Origin: the human T2T-CHM13v2.0 reference genome, Homo sapiens
Length of the DNA: 64,000 nt
Assembly (NCBI RefSeq): GCF_009914755.1
Contig: NC_060926.1
Reading direction: 5' to 3' (one strand)
Part shown: one piece after another, positions 38,196-60,173 of the stretch
Numbering within the stretch: position 1 is the stretch's first letter
How the letters are laid out: every line of letters begins with the position of its first letter
The notes under the pieces: generated by a model
Told to the model about the DNA's origin: nothing
Database searches by the model: none
Seen by the model: only the letters and a program-made list of their open reading frames with translations
Program-made: the position numbers and the translations under genes

Positions 38196-38773
38196 CGGCC
38201 TGTTTTGCAATTTTTAATATTATATAAATGATAAATATGTATCCTTTTGTCACTGCTTTTTTTGCCCCCCCTCCCCCACTTAACATTGTAGTTATGAAGT
38301 TCATGTCTGAGGATCTGTGGAGTCCTAGCACAATCATTTTCCTGTTTTCTCATCTGCCATTGCATGGATATACCACAATTTGCTTATCTGCTCTTCAACT
38401 GAAGAACCTGAAGTTGTTTCCACATTTTTATTCTTATACATAATATGGCTATAAATATTCTTACACGCATACGCAAGAGATCATCCAGAGTATATTATAG
38501 GGAATGAAAATGCTGGGTATTCATGGGGTGTTGCTGGTTTATGTGCAATTTGACTTTATTATATATCAACAATTTGTCCTCCAGAGTGGTTTTACCAACT
38601 AAGACATCCACCAGCTGTGTATAAGAGATGCTTCACATTCTCTCCAGCATTCAATCATTCATTCAACACATATTTACTAGTGATCTACTAGTTTGTTCTA
38701 CTTATGGGTATGCAGTAGTGATAGTTCCCACTCTCTTGGAGCTTCCATTCTCTTGGCATGAGATATCCAATAA

Positions 38774-39397
<624 letters not shown>

Positions 39398-40372
39398 GAG
39401 TGCTTTGTTTCTAGGCTCTATGGCTACAAAGGAGTAGCCTTTCTTCCTGGGGCCTTTACAGTAAGTGAATGCAACGCCCTCATGAGCCCAACATGACCTA
39501 ATTTAAGAAAACAACATTTTAAAACTTGTAATTACTATAAAATTAGAAGATGAACATTTTACATTCCGTAATGTGTTAAAATAGACAGTATTTTGGAATG
39601 CATGTTCTCAGATGACCTATATAATACCAGGCAGCATATGAGGAAGTGGTGAAGTATTCCCATCTTTGCAGTCATGCTGCCCAGAATCAAATCTTGGTTT
39701 CCTGACTTACCAACCTTGTGACCTTGAACTCTGTAAATTTAACCTCTCTAAGTCTCAGTTTCCATATCAGATAATAGTGCCTGAGTCATACGGGTGTTTA
39801 TCATGGTGCACAATAAGTTTTTAGCATGGTGTCCAGTACATTTTACTACCAGTCAATTAATAATAATTGAATAGGCCAACCATGTGACATTATTCCTCTT
39901 TTACAGATGAGGAAACTGAGGTTCTCAGTAGCTGAACAAATTGTCCAGCCAGGAAGTACTGGTACCTCTTTAACCCAGGTCTTCTGATACCAGAGCCAGT
40001 TCTCTACTACAACATTGCTTGTATATATGAATGTATCAGGATTCACCCAATAATTATTTATTGAACATCTACTATGTGATAGTTACTTGGTGCTTGGTGC
40101 TAGGAAATTCTAAAATAATCCTAACAGGGCTAGTCATCTTTGAGCAACCCTGAAATTACACATATCCTGAGACAGGTTTCATCCAGCATTGGCTGTTAAT
40201 GAAGTGTGAAGCTTTTATTTTCACTTTTATGGGGGACGGAGATGAGGATTGTATCACATTTGACTGTAAGCTCCTTGAAGACAAAGACCAACTTTTACTT
40301 ATCAGTGTACAACCACTACTTAGCACAGTGTCTAGCACATACTCATTGAGTATTTGATGAATGAGCAACACG

Positions 40373-40472
40373 CCATACAGTCAAATTTAATCCATTTTCC
40401 TAAATAACTTCTCACATGCAGCAAACCATGCAGTCAAATTTAATCCATCTTCCTAAATAACTTCTCACATGC
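40373..40472. repeat. Tandem duplication, 47-bp core, period 53
   Basis: ccat(a/g)cagtcaaatttaatccat(t/c)ttcctaaataacttctcacatgc at 40373-40419 and 40426-40472. Confidence 0.95.
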
Positions 40473-40540
40473 CCCCCATAATGCCTTCCCCAGCAGTTGC
40501 TCCAAAATCATTGATGCAATTGAGTAGAATTAAACTATGA

Positions 40541-44671
<4,131 letters not shown>

Positions 44672-45569
44672 TCTTTACATTTTAGGGAGACATCATGGTA
44701 CATTCATTTTCTACCAAATGGAGTAAAAAGAGCTTCCGTAGAGACATTTAGCATTGGGCAGGCAAATACATTTATTTCCTTCTGTAACAGCATGTGCTTG
44801 GCAGAACACTGAGAACTGGAGGTTGAGAAAAAAAAAAGTGGTCTTCCTGCTCACTTTTCTAAGACATCCTTGCTAACACAGCATTGCCAAAGGGCTTGCG
44901 TGTGAATCACCACAAAGTTAAGTGGCTGATGAAACTGAGAGTTTATGAGAATTTCTGATGAAGCAGCACATAGGAGTGCCTGTCGGTTATTGTATGAGTG
45001 TGATGCAGTCTATAATTTGACTTGTTTGGGTCTTTTTATTATTATACGTTGAGCTTCACTGAAGCCTGTTGCAAGCTTTTTTATTTTTCCTTTGCTATCA
45101 GAATTCTTCTGCTTCATGATGGAGAATTGAGGCTTTATGGCAAGAATGCTAAATATACCTTAAATTACAGACAGAAGAAGCTGAGAGATAGTTATTATGT
45201 TTTATTAGCATCTGATTCCAGGCACATAATCCCAATTCTCATAATTTCCTAATCAAAGATGCATTTCATTTCTGCACTCACCCCAGTCTAGTTGGATACC
45301 CTCTGAAGTACCCAGGAACCAAGCCAAGAGCAGTATCAAGAAAAGATAGATGATTATGCAGATGGCTTGAGTAAAACTTGTCTTTAGGCTCCCAGCATCC
45401 TCCCACTTCCTAGGCTCAGTACTCCTCTAAAGTTGCCAGACTTAGCAAGGAAATACATAGGTGCCTGTATGTTATCTCATTAAGGCCCTTAATAGCTTTA
45501 TCTTAATCCTTCTGCCATCAGAGCCTATTTTTTTGGGGAAAAAAATTCAGATTACTCATCAAGCCTTAG

Positions 45570-45750
45570 AGCAATATTTCTCTAAATCTGGTCCCAGATA
45601 ATCTGCAGAAGAATAACTTGGGAACATGAAAAATGCAGATTCCTGAGTTTCACCCTAGACTTCCAGAATTAGAAATTCCAGAGGTGGGGACTGGGAATAT
45701 GCATTTTAAATGTCCTCAGCAAATTCTGAGACACAATCAAGCAAGACAAT
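45570..45750. mobile_element. MER5-like hAT DNA transposon relic
   Basis: 'aaaatgcagattcctgag...ggtggggactgggaatatgcattttaaa'. Confidence 0.7.
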
Positions 45751-45979
45751 TATTTAATAACCTTAGTGTCTTTCCTCTCCAACTGTACATACCTGAAGAC
45801 TCCATCCTACTTGTAGAAAAGGAGATAACAAAGGTTCAGTACCTGGCATTTACAAGGACCTCAATCAATACTTGTTCCCTGAATCCCTTCTTAAAGGAAC
45901 TGTGGACTTCAGGAGCCAGAAGACACCAGAGGTCCCTTTCCAGTCCCTTGAAGTAAAATAAGTCTGAGGCTGTCTCTAA

Positions 45980-46520
<541 letters not shown>

Positions 46521-46849
46521 AACTACTGCTGTACTTCTTACCCCCTGTATCAAAGAGTTAAAATCTAATTTTTTCCCAAGATCGGTCTCACTGTAAGTCT
46601 GCTATCTGTATTTTCCCATTCTTCGTCTGATAGCCACCGACATTAATGACCAGCTCATTACATGTTGAGGTGTGGGGAGATGGGGGTAGAACCCCGTCAA
46701 CCCAGGATTCGAGTTTAGAAAGACTACAAGCCCCAAAATGCAATTTCACCTCCCAAAAACTACCATTCCCAACATGCAATGCAACCAGGACGAGCCAAGG
46801 AAAAAAAGTACAAGTGTGGCTGCAAAGTTTGCCCCTCTTGTTACCCTCA

Positions 46850-47400
46850 GGCAAATGATTGATTTAGAAAGGCCCCAGGGGCTATTTTTTGCAGGAACGG
46901 TCACTCCCTAAATCCAGGCAGGGAAAGGGAGGAGTCTGAGCCGAGTCACGCCCCTTCTCCTGTAAACTTGGGTCGCCTCTAGCTTAGCGAGCGCTGGAGT
47001 TTGAAGAGCGGGCAGTGGCTGCACACGCCAAACTTTCCCTATGGCTTCGGTGACCAGGGCCGTGTTTGGAGAGCTGCCCTCGGGAGGAGGGACAGTGGAG
47101 AAGTTCCAGCTGCAGTCAGACCTCTTGAGAGTGGACATCATCTCCTGGGGCTGCACGATCACAGCCCTAGAGGTCAAAGACAGGCAGGGGAGAGCCTCGG
47201 ACGTGGTGCTTGGCTTCGCCGAGTTGGAAGGTGGGTTGAACTGTGCCCTGGGCTGCGAGCAGGCCCCAGGCCCACGCTACATACCTCCCGGATCTAGCGG
47301 GCCACTTGCAATGCGAGGGACCAAGGGGGAAAGTCGCCTAGCTTGGGACCGTCTGACTTGCAAGCGCATGCATCATAGAGGGCCGTGTGGCCATCCAGCA
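46850..47400 (+). promoter_or_regulatory. GALM: GALM promoter / 5'UTR / CpG-enriched first exon region
   Basis: Non-repetitive, locally CpG-rich; Sp/KLF-type CACGCCCC at ~46947; no clear TATA; immediately precedes the ATG. TSS cannot be fixed from sequence. Confidence 0.7.
47041..47230 (+). CDS. GALM: GALM coding exon 1 (codons 1-64, phase 1 end)
   Basis: ATG at 47041 gives MASVTRAVFGELPSGGGTVEKFQLQSDLLRVDIISWGCTITALEVKDRQGRASDVVLGFAELE, the galactose mutarotase N-terminus; donor AAG|gtgggt at 47231. Confidence 0.98.
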
Positions 47401-48235
47401 TTTGGGAAAAACTGTAATAAATAAACTATGGCAGTTGGCCTCTGGTTATCCGTTCAGGCTTTGCCCCAGTTAACGTAAAAGGTCAGCTGATGGTATGATA
47501 CACTTCAGCGATCCTGGAGCGATCTTTGAACTGCCTAATCTTTGAACTGCCTGATACCTGGAGAAGGCTGGAGAGGAAAGAGCAGGCAAGAGGGGGTGTG
47601 GCTCCCACTTCTTCCCTTCTGAAGAAGGAAATTCAAATACTTGCCTCTTCTACTTCCTTCTTCCTTGATCAGATTCTCTTTGAGGCCTGGTTGTCTCAGA
47701 AATGCTCCACTAAGCTCAGTGGTTGCCTAGTACACCAGCTACCCAATAACCATTTAGGAACAAAATAGAGAAGACCAACTCAGTGTCTTCTCAGAGATCA
47801 GGTCTCCTACCAACTAGGATGGACTTTTATCCCAGAATCCATGGGCAATTAGGATCAGGCATTAATTAATACATTTGACAACTCTATTAATCCGATGACC
47901 TCATTAAACAGGACAGACAAGGTCCCCACTCTTGCGGTTTGGCTGGGGAGATAGACTTTAACTCAGTAATTGCATAAATAAAGAATGACAATTGCAGCTT
48001 GATTGCAGCAAAGGAAAATGTACATCATGCTCTCTTAGCACCATGGTGTAACTAGACAGAAAATGAGGTGTGAAATAAAGCTGGCAAAGGGAAACTGAGA
48101 GTTAATACTCTCTGCTCAGTGGTTGGGGCGTAGACAAATTCTGCTGGAGAGGAGGTTTGAGGTTTTCCTTTTGGTGTGTCATTCTGTCTGTTTGGTTCTT
48201 CCGATACGTAAGATATGTAACTTGGCTCATGGTTA

Positions 48236-49310
<1,075 letters not shown>

Positions 49311-49534
49311 GTTACTATTTTGATGGTGCTCTGATACTACATTTCTAGTGCATTAAAACCTATGTTAACAATAAACTGGTAACAGTGGTTGTTAAGAAAG
49401 GATCCTGGGTGCCCAGGGTGCAGAGGATGGGAAGGAGACTTAATTTTCACTGCATATTCTTTTAAACCATCAGAGTATGTAAGTATATATAAACAAACAG
49501 AGGTAAATAATTTAAAGTAATAAGACTTGACAGA

Positions 49535-49680
49535 GGCCGGCATGGTGGCTCACACCTGTAATCCTAGGAGTCCAAAGTGGGAGGATCGCTTGAGGCCAGG
49601 AGTTTGAGACCAGCCTGAGCAACATAGTGAGACCCTGTCTCTAAAATAAATAAAAATAAATAAATAAATAAATAAATTTA
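49535..49680 (+). mobile_element. Alu monomer (FLAM-like) with (TAAA)n tail
   Basis: Single left arm; acttgacaga repeated on both flanks. Confidence 0.8.
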
Positions 49681-49982
49681 AATTTAAAAAAAATTTTTTT
49701 AAATACTTGACAGAATAAGGGGTTATCTTGACATTACCATATCCCAAAAATGGTTTTGAGCCATGCGGAAGATCTGAGCGTGGATAATTCCATGAGACAT
49801 GGTCCTTTTGTAACTGCAGAGTTAGATATGAACAATCTTCAATTTCCCAGACAGGTTATATAAACTGTTTGGATGACAGCCATAACCAGAGGTCAGAATG
49901 GTTCAGTTTCTCCCTGGGAAAATGGGATTTTTTTCTTTCATAGAATTCTAAAGAAGAAAATTATATAAATTTTTAGTTACAG

Positions 49983-50412
49983 TAAGAGAGGAGACCACCC
50001 CTCATATTGCCTTATGCCCAATTTCTGCCTCCAAAGAAAGAAGTAAAAACTAAAAGGCAGAAACGAAATCCACAGGCAGACAGCCCGGCACTACGCCATG
50101 GGCCTGGTAGTTAAAGATCGACCCCTGACCTAACCAGTTATGTTATCTATAGATTCCAGACATTTTATAGAAAAGCAGTGTGAAAATCCCTGTCCTGTTG
50201 TGTTCTGTTCTGATTACCGGTGCATGCAGCCCCCAGTCAGGTACCCCTGGCTTGCTCAATCGATCACGACCCTCTCACGCAGACCCCCTTAGAGTCGTAA
50301 GCCCTTAAAAGGGACGGGAATTGCTCACGCGGTGAGCTCGGCTTTTGAGACGCAAGTCTGCCTTCTTCAATCCGGTGTCTAAGGAGTTTTGTCTGCGGCT
50401 CGTCCTGCTACA
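49983..50412 (+). mobile_element. LTR15-like (ERV1) solo LTR in GALM intron 1
   Basis: 'taagagaggagaccacccctcatattg...ttttgtctgcggctcgtcctgctaca'; TSD acag. Confidence 0.8.
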
Positions 50413-50482
50413 ACAGCCTAGAAAAATCAGTAATGCCTCCTATGAGTTTTTCAACCTTTTTTTGTATTTAAAAATGTTTTTT

Positions 50483-51043
<561 letters not shown>

Positions 51044-52159
51044 AAAAATATTTTTCATCGGCATGTCCCACCTACAGTCATTATGATTTCTTTCAAAGCC
51101 TGTGCTGAAAATATTTGCTTATAAGCCACAGGTATAAACAACCTACCCATACAATCATTGAAACGCCTTCCTTTTCATGTTTCCCCCAGTTGCCACCAAA
51201 GACCTGGCTATTAACTGCCATGAGAGGCATTAAGGAAAAAATAGAAAAAGTAAATTTAGTGCCTTTAGAAAACCTGGGTTCAGAAGCAGGGATGAGGAAA
51301 AAAAAGGATCAGGTTAGAGGCTGCAGTTTATTGTCGCTCACGCCCAGGAGCACCCTGGTGGGAGCATTGAAAATTCCTGGTTTAAAGTTCTGCTTCCTTC
51401 CTTAAAGCTGTGCGACCCCGGGCAATTTACTTAAACTCTCCAGACCTATTTTCTCACGTGAAACAAATGGATTGTGATGATTTAATGAGCCATGGGCTGT
51501 GATATGTGTCTAACCATATCTGACCACATATTTGATACGTCTCTGACCAGAGGGAGCAACTAATCATTTTTATCCCCTTTCTTTCCTTTGCCCCCAAATA
51601 CCATCTCTGACTCTACTAGAACTTTTTATTTCACTTAATTAACACTGCAAAAAATGGCATGGAGATTCAACTAGGACAGCAAGCAGCCACTAAAAAGTAT
51701 ATAAATTATCTGAGATTACTAAAGTGCTTATTAATTAAATTGTTTTCTTCATATAACCAAAGGATAAGTCATTCTGTGAATGGGGGTTTTGATTGAGAGT
51801 GGTGAGTAATTTTATTTCAGACTTTAGTGCACTCTGGCTAATTTTGGGCTGTCCAAATTGGGTGTCACAGTGTGGTCCTTGGGTTGTTAGAGGAGTGGAA
51901 AGGGCCATATCCCATGATTAAGCATTTATTAATTTATTCTCGCCAGTGCCTTGCCCAGGAAAGGGGGAAGCGTTTCCTCTACTCTAAGCTCAGCAATTGA
52001 CTTGGTTAAATCAATATTCATGGCTTGACCTAGGAACTTTGAACATTTTCATGAAAAATAGTATTTTCTGCATTTCAAAACAAATTTTTAGCCATGCCTT
52101 ATTCGGGATTTGGGGATTGTCACTTTTGTAATTCCGATTTGATGTGAAAGCTTAGTAAC

Positions 52160-52495
52160 TATTAGTCCACTGCTATAGAAGAACTGCCTGAGACTGGGTA
52201 ATTTATAAAGAAAATAGGTTTAGTTGACTCACAGTTCCTCATGGATGGGGAGGCCTCAGGAAACTTACAATCATGGCAGGAGGCGAGGAGGAAGCTAGAC
52301 AGATCTTACACGGCAGTAGGAGAGAGACAGAAAGGAGGGGAAATTGCCACTTTTAAATCATCAGCTCTCGTGAGAACTCACTGACTATCACAAGAACAGC
52401 ATGGGGGAACCGCCCCCCTGATCCAATTACCTCCACCAGGTGGGATTACAATTCGAGATGAGATTTGGGTGGGAGCACAAAGCCAAAGCGTATCA
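52160..52495 (-). mobile_element. THE1/MST solo LTR
   Basis: 'cctgagactgggtaatttataaagaaaa...ggaggcctcaggaaacttacaatcatggc'; 5-bp TSD gtaac. Confidence 0.9.
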
Positions 52496-52590
52496 GTAAC
52501 ATTTGAAGGTAGTATAAAATTTATTTGTTCTAAAGGGTTTTTCAGAGACAGGATTTCTGCTGTGCTTAAATTCTTAAAAACTATTCCTCC

Positions 52591-52891
52591 AGGGGCACAG
52601 TGGCTCTCACCTGTAATCCCAGCACTTTGAGAAGCCTAGGTGGGAGGATCACTTGAGCTCAGGAGTTCAAGACCAGCCTGGGCAACACAGGGACACTCTG
52701 TCTCTAGAAAAAATACAAAAAGTATCCAGGTGTGGTGGCGCATGCCTGTAGTCCCAGCTATTTGGGAGGCTGAGGTGGGGACCTGAGCCTGGAGGTCAAG
52801 GCTGCAATGAGCCGTGGTGGCACCACTGCACTCCAGCCTAGGTGACAGAGAAAGACCCTGTCTCAAAAAAACAAAAACAAAAACAAAAAAA
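52591..52891 (+). mobile_element. AluJ
   Basis: Alu dimer; ctattcctcca repeated on both flanks. Confidence 0.88.
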
Positions 52892-53419
52892 CCCCTGATA
52901 ATTATGGGGAAAAAAAAAAACAACAAAAAAACCCTATTCCTCCAAACCAAGGAACTGGCCTGGCAAGTGCTTCTTATCTTCATGACGTGATTGGTTTTGG
53001 GTAGTGGTCACTTGTAAGGGAATTCTTGCAAGCCCATGTGGTAGGAGCCCTGCTGTTGGCTTTGTGGTTGTCTCCAACACCCAGTGTGCCTCTGGCAGAG
53101 AGCGGGAGCTCAGTGTTCACTTGTTGAATGAATCAAAGTAGGACTCAAAAATCTCTACAGTCAAACATCTTGTTTTTTAGAAAAAAAATTCTGCTTTTCT
53201 ATAATTTTTGAGCTTCTGAAAAGCGGATGAAACAAAACCAAGGAAAGATTGTTTGGCTCTTTGGGACTCCTTTTGGTTAACCAGTGTATGGGCTTTTAAA
53301 GCTATTTTCAGAAAGAGAAGAAGGTGGGGAGAGGTGGGAATAGGAGAGAGAGAGATCAGCCTGGCCTGTGCCTAGGGATGGAGGTAAGGTTAATAACCAG
53401 AAAGCCTGCGCTTTTCACA

Positions 53420-53930
53420 TAATTTGATACTGAAGAACATGGACTCATGAGCTAGACTGTCTGGATTCAAGTCTTGGTTCTGCCACTACTTAGCTGTGTG
53501 TTTTGGGGCAAGTTATTTAACTTTTCTGTCCTCAGTTTCCACATCTGTAAATTGGGATAGTAATAGTGTCTACATCATAGAAACGTTCTGAGTATGAAAT
53601 GAAGTAAATGTAGAGCACTTAGAAAGTGGCTGGGACACACTTTGGGAGGCCAAGGCAGGTGGATCACCTGAGGTCAGGAGTTTGAGACCAGCCTGGCCAA
53701 CATGGTGAAAACCCATCTCTATTAAAAAAAAAAAAAAATTTAGCTGGGCTTGGTGGCGGGCACCTGTAATCCCAGCTACTTGGAAGGCTGAGGCAGGAGA
53801 ACTGCTTGAATCCAGGAGGCGGACGTTGCAGTGAGCCAAGACCGCACACTGCACTCCAGCCCAGGCTATAAGAGCAAAACTCCGTCTCAAAAAAAACACA
53901 ACACTCAGTAAGTGTTAGCTATTATGATAG
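53420..53930. mobile_element. MIR interrupted by sense AluS (53630-53897)
   Basis: 'gttctgccactacttagctgtgtg...ctcagtttccacatctgtaaattgg' MIR core. Confidence 0.8.
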
Positions 53931-54451
53931 TCAATGGGCAACACTCTGATGCACCTGCAGATTAGCAAAGAAGCAAACCAGGAAAGGCCTGGAAGAGAAG
54001 GATTAATGTTTAATTTGTACCCAACCAGTTGGGTAATGGAAACCTGTGACCTGTAACTGGCCTAATCAGCTCAGGGTCTGTATCCTGAGAGCCTCTCCAT
54101 CCCTTGAAAAAATAGTTCATATGCTTGAATTGCATTCTCTGCTGATCTGAAGTAGACATGACAGATACAGAGTACCACGGGAAAAGGGAATGGAATTCAG
54201 AGGACATCTAAGTGAAAACTAGAGTGGAAAGTAATCTTGGTAATAATACAGAAAACAATCTCCAGACCTTAATCTTTTCCATCGTAAAGTAAGCACAGAG
54301 GAATTTAAAGAGAAGAAAAGTACCATAATATGCCCACGCCCAAAGTTGTAAGTATGAGGACGCTACTTTGCTTTTTACAGCCCCTCCCCTAAAAAGGCCC
54401 CAAACAGTTTATGCTGATTATTATACCATGTAGCCATCAAAAGTAATATGG

Positions 54452-54837
<386 letters not shown>

Positions 54838-54997
54838 TTATATGGAATATGTGTGTTTGTGTATTTATATATTTGCTAATATGTAGTTAATTCAAATTTT
54901 TAAATGAAGTGTACGTGCCAGACTGTTAATAGTGGTTACCATTGGAAAGGAGGGGAGTGGAGAGGTGAAGGAAGGCTTTTGTGTTTTAGTCCTTGTT

Positions 54998-55495
<498 letters not shown>

Positions 55496-55658
55496 CTCTA
55501 TATCCTTGTGTATTACCTAACTCTCTCTAAAGGATATTTTAATGTACTAATTATGTGATTTAAAAAAATAAGAAGAGAAAGAATAAGATCGCTTCCCCTC
55601 AAGACCACACGAAAGTATAACTTTGGCCTAGAGAAAAGGAGATTACAAAGCAGTGTTA

Positions 55659-55770
55659 TACAGTCCCCCTTCAACCATAGTTTTGCTTCCTGCAGTTTCA
55701 GTTACTCAGAGTCAACTTTGGATTGAAAATAGGTGCATACAGTACAATAAGATGTTTTGAAAGAGAGAAA
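55659..55770 (+). mobile_element. Tigger7/MER44-like DNA transposon fragment
   Basis: 'tacagtccccc...cagtttcagttac...cagtacaataagat'. Confidence 0.6.
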
Positions 55771-56075
55771 AGCCTGGGCACAGTAACTCATGGCTGTAAT
55801 CCCAGCACTTTGGGAGGCCGAGTTGGGCAGATCACCTGAGGTCAGGAGTTCGAGACCAGCCTGGCCAACATGGTGAAACCCCGTCTCTACTAAAAATACA
55901 AAAATTAGCTTGGTGTGGTGGTGCATGCCTCTACTCCCAGCTACTCAGGAGGCTGAGGCAAGAAAACCACTTGAACCTGGGGGATGGAGTTTGCAGTTAG
56001 CCGAGATGGGGCCACTGCACTCCAGCCTGGGCAACAGAGTGAGACTCTGTCTTAACAACCACCACCACAACAAAT
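55771..56075 (+). mobile_element. AluSx
   Basis: Alu dimer. Confidence 0.9.
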
Positions 56076-56398
56076 AGTTTTATAAAAAGAAAGAAAAAAG
56101 CACACAGATGCATATACTAAAAGATGGAAGAGTGTGTGCACATAAGAATATTAGCAGTGGCTCTCTCGAGTGATGAGATGAAGGATAATTTCAGTTTTTT
56201 CTTTGTGCTGTATAAAATTCTTTACAATTTTGTATAATGAATATTAATTACTTTTGGAAAAGGAAAGGATCGTATGTAATGAAAGCCATTTTCTGTGATT
56301 CAGTGAGGACTTTGACATGCCCAAGATGTTACCATGTGCAGCATTCGTCTGAAGAAGGTGAGGGACAGTGGCATGCAACACACCTTTGGATTGAGGGT

Positions 56399-56747
<349 letters not shown>

Positions 56748-56790
56748 TGAATTGAAGTTTTAAAAGTGCTGTCATCCCTTGTCCTTGCAG

Positions 56791-56945
56791 GATACCTCCA
56801 AAAGCAGCCATACTTTGGAGCAGTTATTGGGAGGGTGGCCAACCGAATCGCCAAAGGAACCTTCAAGGTGGATGGGAAGGAGTATCACCTGGCCATTAAC
56901 AAGGAACCCAACAGTCTGCATGGAGGAGTCAGAGGGTTTGATAAA
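56791..56945 (+). CDS. GALM: GALM coding exon 2 (155 nt, codons 64-115)
   Basis: Acceptor gtccttgcag|, donor AAA|gtaagt; encodes [13 protein letters not shown] and NSLHGG (His107) aldose-1-epimerase motifs; phase matches exon 1. Confidence 0.98.
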
Positions 56946-57292
56946 GTAAGTACGGCACATGTGACTGAGTTCCCTTTAGGCTCACTTTACGCATACCTTC
57001 TGCTTGCCAGGCACAGTCATAGGCCCTAGAGCACATGAGTGGTGAGATGCAGGAAAGAGGCCCCTTCCATGGTTCAGGGCAGCAGGTGCAATGGGCATGT
57101 GCTAGGACCCATCCTTCTCTAGTTCATCTGTTGGAACAGACAGGGGAGCCCCAAGAGAAAGGATGTCAACCTTTGACTTAGGAAAAATGAGAAACAACTT
57201 TCTCACAGTGTTGAGATCAGGGAGTCGGGTTGAAGAGATGTGGATTGATAACAGTATCTTCCACTTATTGGACAAGACATTGACATATATTA

Positions 57293-57721
<429 letters not shown>

Positions 57722-58818
57722 TCATTCTTACACCATAGCTGCTGGTGTCCACCCAGGCTGCATGGGTGCCCCCGTCCAACATGCTTCCCTGTACCTGTCA
57801 TTAAGCCCCCCGCCCCATGCAGCATGGCGCTGCACCAAGGCCTGCCCTTCCACTGAAGTGCCTCATGCCTCAAAATCATATCAGATTCTCCCCAGTTCCT
57901 CCTCTCCACATGAAAACGACCATTCTTTAAGCAGATCCCTAGAAAACAAGGTCAGGAAAGCAAATTGATCGAACAGCTTCTCCCTGGGGTGGGAGTGCTT
58001 GGCCTCCTGCTTCCTAGCCCCATGGGAGTCTATGGGTTAACCCCAGTGATTGCTCTCTTACTAGTCTAATTTCAGGCTGTGCAGGAGTAAATTTCAGTAG
58101 TTAACTTTCTTTTAAATTATACCACCCAGGTTATTTGCTAGAGAAGAGCCAGAGAAGAGCCAGAGAAGACAGGAACATGTATGGCCACTAATGGCCACAG
58201 TTTCTTCTCTTCTGCCTCTAACCACCACTTGTCCTGCAGAAGGAGGCTTCCCCGCCTCCATGAGCTTCCTGCTGGTGGCCTGGAACTAGACTGACTGCCC
58301 CATGGGTTTCCCTTTCCTCAGTGATGGGATTCTTCATGCCAGGGAGGCAGAGGGCAGCATGTGCTCTGCCAGTATTAGGGCAGAGTCTCTAGAACATGCC
58401 AGGATCATGAGCAAACCCCAACCAGAGAAAGTAAGGCCCAGCCTGGCTTCAGACAGGGATCTTCAGAGGAGCCTTAGGACAGCACCTCGTTCTAGCTTGC
58501 CCCTGCTCCCCCTGTTCACTGTGGCATTTTCCGTGGTGTTGCTTAACTTATATTCCCTTCAAGAACACAGCAAAATCGTGAGTGTACCTAGCCTTCAGTG
58601 CAGTGTGCCCTTGAGCCCCTTCTGTGAAGCAGGGGGCACAGTAGGCCAAGGACTCCTGAGGCTCACAGTATAAAGAGGGAGATGGACTCTTACATGATAA
58701 CTGTTAAAGGCGAATGGCCACAAGCACCATAACAAGCCAGAGAAGACAGGAACATGTGTGAACAAATGAAATAGCAGCCTAGGAGATAGGATTGGAACTG
58801 GCCTTGAAGAGCCAATAG

Positions 58819-59211
<393 letters not shown>

Positions 59212-59861
59212 TGACAGTTGAATAGGATTTGAAATGGTATAAGAAGATCTAGAGCTGCAGAGTTTCTGGAAATTTGGAAACTACAGGCTCAGGGAAATCC
59301 TTCCATAAATAGGAATTATGCTTAACCAATCATATTGGTTTACACAAAAATCTTTCCATTGTGTCCTTTCTCTACAAAAGAAAAACTAGGTAGCAAGTTA
59401 AGATTTCATTTCAATTATTTAATTCCTGAAATGTTCCATTTGGGATATTCTATTTCTTTTTTAATTACACATATAACAGGCTTCATATTTTGAGTGTCTT
59501 GAAAGTTCAACCTTTCTGGGAGCTAACTAGGGTGTAAAATGAATTTTTCACTAAGCTCAGTGAAAGTATTTCACATACCAGCTGCCTTCACTGTAGGTGA
59601 AGGCAGAGACCTCCGTTCCTGCTGGGTTCTCCTTCCTGGCAAATGCCACGTCTGTGAGAGCAAAGTGGACAGATCCTGGGCTCAGAGACCACTCCTGTGG
59701 CCCACAGAGGCTATTATCTTTCAAGTCCATAGAGTTTGGCCTCAACTCTTCTGTTGAAAAGGAAGATTCAGACAAAAACTTCACTGAGACTAAGATGTGG
59801 AATAGAGGAGACAGCCAGTCCTGAGTTTGAACCCCAGCTCTGTCACAAATAACATGTATAA

Positions 59862-60173
<312 letters not shown>

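Noticed and set aside
56766-57029. ORF-track boundaries 56766-57029 and 62104-62430 as standalone genes
   Set aside because: They are GALM exons 2 and 3 extended into intron; true limits are set by the splice sites.
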